A DNA stretch of 64,000 nucleotides from Actinomycetota bacterium (GTDB taxonomy: Bacteria > Actinomycetota > Actinomycetes > Nanopelagicales > Nanopelagicaceae), in assembly GCA_009698445.1 (NCBI GenBank), contig WLQG01000002.1, positions 7,488 to 71,487 on the forward strand. Reading direction: 5' to 3'. The translations under genes and the position numbers were made by a program. The notes beneath the pieces are model-generated. The model ran no database searches. It was not told the DNA's origin and saw only the letters and a program-made list of their open reading frames with translations. The first letter of the stretch is position 1; the number at the start of each line of letters is the position of its first letter. Positions 58,588 through 64,000 of the stretch are shown here, in pieces.

Positions 58588-61236
58588 TTAAGCGTTTAAG
58601 AGCGACCGTAAGACGTACTGCATGATCCCGCCGTGGCGGTAATAATCGGCTTCTCCTGGTGTATCTATGCGCACTGTTGCAACAAAGTTCTTACCGCCAG
58701 CGGTAACCGTGAGCTCCTTGGGAACTCCCCCGGTGTTAAGAGCAGTAATGCCACTGATTGAAAATACTTCTTCACCTGTAAGTCCGAGTGATTGCGCGTT
58801 CGCACCGTCTTTAAATTGTAGAGGTAGCACGCCCATGCCAATTAAATTAGAACGATGAATGCGTTCGAAGCTTTCAGCAATAACTGCGCGAACTCCTAGG
58901 AGCGCAGTTCCTTTTGCCGCCCAGTCGCGTGATGATCCCGAACCGTATTCTTTGCCAGCAAGAATTACTAATGGTGTACCAGCATTTTGATAAGCAACGC
59001 TTGCATCATAAATTGTTGACTGCTGGCCATCGGTTGCAAAGTTTCGGGTAAATCCACCTTCGACACCATCTAGTAATAGATTCTTCAGACGGATATTGGC
59101 AAAAGTTCCACGAATCATTACTTCATGGTTTCCACGGCGTGAACCATAAGAGTTGAAATCTCTACGATCAATTCCGTGATCTGCTAAATATTTTCCAGCA
59201 GGAGAATCAACTTTGATGTTTCCTGCAGGGGAAATGTGATCAGTTGTCACGGAATCGCCGAGAATAGCTAGGACGCGCGCGTTGGCAATATCTACTACGG
59301 GAGTCGGAGTTTTTGGCATCGCATCGAAATATGGAGGTTTACGCACATACGTTGATTGCGGATCCCATTCGAAGGTTTTTCCTGTTGGAGTTGCGAGTGA
59401 CTTCCATCGGTGATCTCCGTCAAACACCGATGCGTAATCTTTAGTAAACATCGCAGAAGAGATTGATGATTCAATGACAGTTTGAATCTCAGCTGGAGTC
59501 GGCCAGATATCGGCTAAGAAAACATCATTTCCACTTTGATCTTTGCCCAATGCATCTTTTCCAAAATCGTGATCCATAGTGCCAGCGATTGCATAAGCAA
59601 CTACTAGTGGCGGTGAAGCTAAGTAGTTCATCTTTACATCTGGGCTAATACGGCCCTCAAAGTTTCGGTTACCTGATAAAACAGCAGTTACTGCCAAGTC
59701 ACCGTCATTGACGGCTTTGCTAATCTCAATGGGAAGCGGACCGGAGTTGCCAATACAGGTAACACATCCATAGCCGACCAAGTTAAAACCGAGAGCTTCC
59801 ATGTACTGAGTTAAATCGGCACGGTCGTAGTAATCAGTCACAACTTTTGATCCTGGAGCAAGCGTGGTCTTAACCCACGGCTTGGATTTCAAACCCTTTT
59901 CAACAGCCTTCTTAGCTAGCAAAGCCGCACCAATCATGACTGAAGGGTTTGAAGTATTTGTACATGATGTAATCGACGCGATTACAACATCACCATTCTT
60001 CACACGTGTTGCTCCGGCGGTTACTTCGGTTTTTGACGTCTTATCTGAATAGTAAGTGGGCACAATCTTTTCAAAAGCTAATTTTGAATCACTGAGTGAG
60101 ATCCGATCTTGAGGACGTTTTGGTCCAGCAATTGATGGAACTACCGTTGATAGATCAAGTTCGACATGTTCTGAAAAGCGTGGTTCAACTGATGGGTCAT
60201 GCCATAACCCCTGTGTCTTTGCATATTTTTCTACCAGTGCAACTTGGTCTTCATTTCGACCAGTAAGGCGCAAGTAACGCAAAACTTCTTCATCGATTGG
60301 GAAGATCGCGCAAGTAGAGCCGTACTCAGGACTCATGTTTCCAATAGTTGTTCGATTAGCCATTGGTACAGAGACAACACCTGGGCCATAAAATTCAACG
60401 AATTTTCCAACTACGCCATGCTTGCGAAGAATTTCAGTGATTGTTAATGCCATGTCAGTTGCTGTTGTACCAAGCGGCAATTGTCCGGTTAATTTAAAGC
60501 CAACAACGCGTGGGATCAACATTGAAACTGGCTGGCCCAAAAGCGCTGCTTCGGCCTCGATTCCGCCAACACCCCAACCCAACACACCAAGTCCGTTGAC
60601 CATAGTTGTGTGTGAGTCCGTGCCAACAACGGTATCTGGGTATGCACGCAATACACCGTTGACGGTTCGTGTCATCACTACCCGTGCCAAGAACTCAATG
60701 TTTACTTGATGCACAATTCCGGTTCCTGGTGGAACAACTTTGAACTCATCGAATGCAGTTTGTCCCCACCGCAAAAAGCGATAACGCTCTTGATTGCGCT
60801 CATATTCAATATCGGTATTTTTTTCAAATGCATCCTTGGTACCAAAGACATCGGCAATGACTGAGTGATCAATTACTAATTCAGCCGGTGCTAGAGGGTT
60901 AACTTTTGAGGCATCTCCACCTAGTTCAACAATTGCCTCACGCATCGTTGCAAGGTCAACAATGCAAGGAACGCCGGTGAAATCCTGCATGACAACGCGG
61001 GCTGGGGTGAATTGAATTTCAGTGTCTGGTTCAGTAGCTGGATCCCAGTTGGCTAGCGCCTTGATGTGATCGGCCGTGATGTTGGCGCCATCTTCGGTGC
61101 GAAGCAGATTTTCTAATAAAATTTTGAGGGAGAAAGGTAGATTTGAAGCTCCATCAATTTGGGAGATATCAAAAATCTCATAACTCTTACCCGCAACATC
61201 CAAATTGTTCTTTGCGTTGAAAGAGTTTTTACTCAT
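58588..61236 (-). CDS. acnA: Aconitate hydratase
   Basis: [38 protein letters not shown]. Confidence 0.98.
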   Translation of the reverse strand: MSKNSFNAKNNLDVAGKSYEIFDISQIDGASNLPFSLKILLENLLRTEDGANITADHIKALANWDPATEPDTEIQFTPARVVMQDFTGVPCIVDLATMREAIVELGGDASKVNPLAPAELVIDHSVIADVFGTKDAFEKNTDIEYERNQERYRFLRWGQTAFDEFKVVPPGTGIVHQVNIEFLARVVMTRTVNGVLRAYPDTVVGTDSHTTMVNGLGVLGWGVGGIEAEAALLGQPVSMLIPRVVGFKLTGQLPLGTTATDMALTITEILRKHGVVGKFVEFYGPGVVSVPMANRTTIGNMSPEYGSTCAIFPIDEEVLRYLRLTGRNEDQVALVEKYAKTQGLWHDPSVEPRFSEHVELDLSTVVPSIAGPKRPQDRISLSDSKLAFEKIVPTYYSDKTSKTEVTAGATRVKNGDVVIASITSCTNTSNPSVMIGAALLAKKAVEKGLKSKPWVKTTLAPGSKVVTDYYDRADLTQYMEALGFNLVGYGCVTCIGNSGPLPIEISKAVNDGDLAVTAVLSGNRNFEGRISPDVKMNYLASPPLVVAYAIAGTMDHDFGKDALGKDQSGNDVFLADIWPTPAEIQTVIESSISSAMFTKDYASVFDGDHRWKSLATPTGKTFEWDPQSTYVRKPPYFDAMPKTPTPVVDIANARVLAILGDSVTTDHISPAGNIKVDSPAGKYLADHGIDRRDFNSYGSRRGNHEVMIRGTFANIRLKNLLLDGVEGGFTRNFATDGQQSTIYDASVAYQNAGTPLVILAGKEYGSGSSRDWAAKGTALLGVRAVIAESFERIHRSNLIGMGVLPLQFKDGANAQSLGLTGEEVFSISGITALNTGGVPKELTVTAGGKNFVATVRIDTPGEADYYRHGGIMQYVLRSLLNA

Positions 61237-61271
61237 TATGTCCCCTTGTTAAATCTTCGCTTACTTGAGCG

Positions 61272-62486
61272 TCAAGATACCTTAGCCGGCTCAAACAGTG
61301 CAACACATTCAATGTGATGTGTCATCGGAAAGAGATCAAAAGCCCTCAGTTTTACGAGTGAATATCCGAGATCTAAAAAGTAACGAGTATCACGCGCAAG
61401 TGCCGCCGGATCACATGCTACATAGACAACTTTGCCCGGTGATAACCGCGCAATTTCATTAATCACTAACTTTCCAGCACCATCACGTGGAGGGTCTAGC
61501 ACTACTACATTAGCTGCACTAATTCTTGGCAAATGTTTAGCAACGTCACCAGTAATTATCTTTACATTTGAATTGTTTAGAAAATTTTTGATTGCATCCC
61601 CAGTAGCGCTCTTACTTCCTTCGATTAAGGTAATGACACCACTTTCTTGGACAGCATCAACCAATGCGGCGGTAAATAGCCCCACTCCTCCGTATAAATC
61701 CAAAACATGATCACCTGGTGCAACATCGGCAAACTCTTGAACTACGGTACTAAGAATAGTAGGTGCATTTTTGTGGCCTTGCCAAAAAGAATCATTACTC
61801 ACTTGCAATGTCTTTCCTAGAACTTCTTCGTGTAATACTGCAGGACCTTCACTCAAACGCGATTTAGTTTCACCCCGTGTAGCAACCAATGAAATAGATC
61901 TTTCACCAGTATTTGAAGCGGCGATTTCGACACGCATATCGCCTTTCCATTTGCGGGTACCAAGCTCCTTAAAGCCAACCTCTTGCATGGCTACTAAACA
62001 GTTTTCAACTGGAATAATTTTGTGGCTGCGTGCTCCAATAAAACCAAGTTGGCCGTTGCGATCGGTTGTTGAGGTAATACGTGAGCGCCAACCGAGTGAT
62101 TCACCAACGCTTTCAACGACAACCTGAATATCCATCTTTGCAATCCGAGAAAACTGTTCAGTTATTACATCAGCCTTTAATTTCAACTGGCGCTCTACAT
62201 TTACATGCTGAAAATCGCAACCACCGCAACCCGCACGGTGTGAGTACTGGCATGGTGGGGTGGTTCTGTCACTAGATGCTTCTAAAACTTCAATGACATC
62301 AGCTCGGTTAAATGAACTTCCTACAGATGTTATTTCGATTCGACATTTTTCGCCCGGGATAGCGTGGCGCACAAAAATAACAGCACCTTCAAAACGAGCG
62401 ATGAAATGGCCGCCATGGGCTACCTTTTCAATCTCAACGTCAACGGTTTCGCCAACTGCCAGGGTAATTTTCTTAGTTGATGCCAC
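61272..62486 (-). CDS. TRAM-domain RNA (uracil-5) methyltransferase, TrmA/RlmD family
   Basis: TRAM N-terminus, C...CGGC, F.Q, DLYGG.G, DPPR, YVAC, D.FP.T.H.E. Confidence 0.92.
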   Translation of the reverse strand: MASTKKITLAVGETVDVEIEKVAHGGHFIARFEGAVIFVRHAIPGEKCRIEITSVGSSFNRADVIEVLEASSDRTTPPCQYSHRAGCGGCDFQHVNVERQLKLKADVITEQFSRIAKMDIQVVVESVGESLGWRSRITSTTDRNGQLGFIGARSHKIIPVENCLVAMQEVGFKELGTRKWKGDMRVEIAASNTGERSISLVATRGETKSRLSEGPAVLHEEVLGKTLQVSNDSFWQGHKNAPTILSTVVQEFADVAPGDHVLDLYGGVGLFTAALVDAVQESGVITLIEGSKSATGDAIKNFLNNSNVKIITGDVAKHLPRISAANVVVLDPPRDGAGKLVINEIARLSPGKVVYVACDPAALARDTRYFLDLGYSLVKLRAFDLFPMTHHIECVALFEPAKVS

Positions 62487-62518
62487 GGAACTAACCTTAT
62501 GGGTGTAAGTTAATACAT

Positions 62519-63184
62519 ATGCACGTAGTCATCATGGGATGCGGTCGAGTCGGTTCTTCTTTAGCTACTGACCTTGAGGCCGCTGGCCACACCGTTGCAG
62601 TTATCGACCAGGCCCGCGAAGCATTTCGACGTCTAGGTCCAGACTTTAAAGGCAAGACCGTTACCGGAGTTGGTTTTGACCGTGATGTATTACGCGAAGC
62701 AGGAATTCAAGATGCCGATGCCTTTGCTGCTGTTAGTAACGGTGATAACTCAAATATTTTGGCTGCCCGTGTTGCCCGCGAGACTTATGGCGTACAAAAC
62801 GTTGTTGCGCGAATTTACGACCCAGGTCGCGCAGAAATTTACCAGCGTCTAGGCATTCCCACTGTTGCAACAGTGTTGTGGGCAACGGATCAAATTTTGC
62901 GCCGACTTTTACCTGAAGGTTCTCGCTCTGAGTGGCGTGATGCAAGTGGAACAGTACAACTCTCTGAAATGCATCCACACAATGATTGGTACGGTCGCCC
63001 AATTTTGCTCATTGATGAACTTACACCTGCACGCGTGGCTTTCATTACACGCCTGGGCGTTGGATTGATTCCAGACCAACATACTGTTTTGCAACAAGGG
63101 GATTTAATTCATGTCATGGTCGCCGATGAAGATATCGCCACAACTGAAACGATCTTAGCCAACACACCAGATGGAGATCGATGA
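62519..63184 (+). CDS. trkA: TrkA-family (RCK) potassium uptake NAD-binding protein
   Basis: GCGRVG, GDNSNI, RCK-N plus RCK-C; first of the actinobacterial tandem pair. Confidence 0.9.
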   Translation: MHVVIMGCGRVGSSLATDLEAAGHTVAVIDQAREAFRRLGPDFKGKTVTGVGFDRDVLREAGIQDADAFAAVSNGDNSNILAARVARETYGVQNVVARIYDPGRAEIYQRLGIPTVATVLWATDQILRRLLPEGSRSEWRDASGTVQLSEMHPHNDWYGRPILLIDELTPARVAFITRLGVGLIPDQHTVLQQGDLIHVMVADEDIATTETILANTPDGDR

Positions 63185-63843
63185 TGAGAGTTGCAATCGC
63201 AGGGGCAGGAAATGTTGGCCGCGCTATTGCCCGTGAACTTTTAGATAACGGACATCAAGTCTTACTTATTGATAAAGATCCGAAAGCGCTCAAGCTTGAA
63301 AGTGTTCCAGATGCCGAATGGTTGATGGCAGATGCCTGCGAAATTACCTCATTAGATAACGCTCACCTAAATAATTGCCAAGTGCTTGTTGCTGCAACAG
63401 GTGATGACAAAGCAAATTTAGTTACTTCGTTATTGGGTAAGACCGAATACGGAGTTCCACGTGTAGTTGCTCGAATTAATCACCCAAAGAATGAGTGGCT
63501 CTTTGATTCTTCATGGGGTGTGGATGTAGCTGTGTCAACGCCACGAATCATTGCTGCTCTGGTTGAAGAGGCAGTAAGTGTTGGCGATGTAGTTCGCTTA
63601 TTCTCATTTAAAAAAGGTCAGGCAAATCTTGTTGAATTAACTTTGCCCGATGGTTCTTCTTGTATTGGTAAGACTGTTGAAGAAATTGAACTTCCGCAAG
63701 ATGCCGCCCTTGCCGCAATTGTGCGCGATGGCCGAGTAATTACGGCCAAAGCTCATGATGTATTTGCTGCCGGTGATGAGCTTTTGTTCGTTGCTTCATC
63801 TGATGCAGAAGCTCAGATTAAAGCCTGCTTTATAACTAGTTAG
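63181..63843 (+). CDS. trkA: TrkA-family (RCK) protein, second copy
   Basis: GAGNVG, TGDDKAN, GVD.AVS. Confidence 0.9.
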   Translation: MMRVAIAGAGNVGRAIARELLDNGHQVLLIDKDPKALKLESVPDAEWLMADACEITSLDNAHLNNCQVLVAATGDDKANLVTSLLGKTEYGVPRVVARINHPKNEWLFDSSWGVDVAVSTPRIIAALVEEAVSVGDVVRLFSFKKGQANLVELTLPDGSSCIGKTVEEIELPQDAALAAIVRDGRVITAKAHDVFAAGDELLFVASSDAEAQIKACFITS

Positions 63844-64000
63844 GTTTGATCACTGGTGGTGCGGTTTTAATCACGAGCCAACTTCCATAGGCTGCGGCAA
63901 AAAATAGCGGATAACCCATTGCCAGATTTACTGTTCCAAGAAGATTCACATTACCGCTTCGATAAATAGGGTACTGAACGGCTATTCGAGCAAAAAACAT
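63836..64000 (-). CDS. DUF3159 membrane protein, 3' end only (cut by window edge)
   Basis: Manual translation gives MFFARIAVQYPIY...LG...LAMGYPL...*; usual neighbour of the trkA pair. Confidence 0.8.
   Translation of the reverse strand: MFFARIAVQYPIYRSGNVNLLGTVNLAMGYPLFFAAAYGSWLVIKTAPPVIKPN

Noticed and set aside
122-63097. Many 60-170 aa alternative-frame and antisense ORFs in the track
   Set aside because: They lie inside well-supported genes, have no recognisable motifs and are expected shadow ORFs.
62519-63843. Tandem trkA genes with no adjacent K+ channel
   Set aside because: The tandem RCK pair next to DUF3159 and the RNA methyltransferase is a standard actinobacterial arrangement.

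Overview
Gene-dense, streamlined actinobacterial chromosome segment. Gene order, moderate GC and near-absent intergenic DNA fit the freshwater acI lineage (Ca. Planktophila/Nanopelagicaceae); that placement is inferred. Most of it is core metabolism: cytochrome bcc (qcrCAB) and aa3 oxidase (ctaCDF), gcvT/pepA/lpdA/sucB/lipBA/glnA, padR-ino1, glucokinase-fadD-glycosyltransferase-NlpC, rnd, fadAB, dxs, acnA and trkA. I saw no tRNA, rRNA, CRISPR array, transposase or prophage. One clear RNA element is present: a compact cobalamin riboswitch ahead of a four-gene ECF transporter operon. Most interesting: (1) an orphan LuxR-HTH protein with a Cys/His tail next to an unknown membrane protein preceded by two palindromic boxes; (2) a full-length GT4 glycosyltransferase with no canonical start codon; (3) matched loss of the Mg/Mn-site ligands in two oxidase subunits; (4) a miniaturised NhaA and a sensor-less histidine kinase; (5) a secreted protein with a possible B12-binding fold attached to the ECF system; (6) at least 23 leaderless promoters. 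All family assignments come from motif recognition, not database searches.
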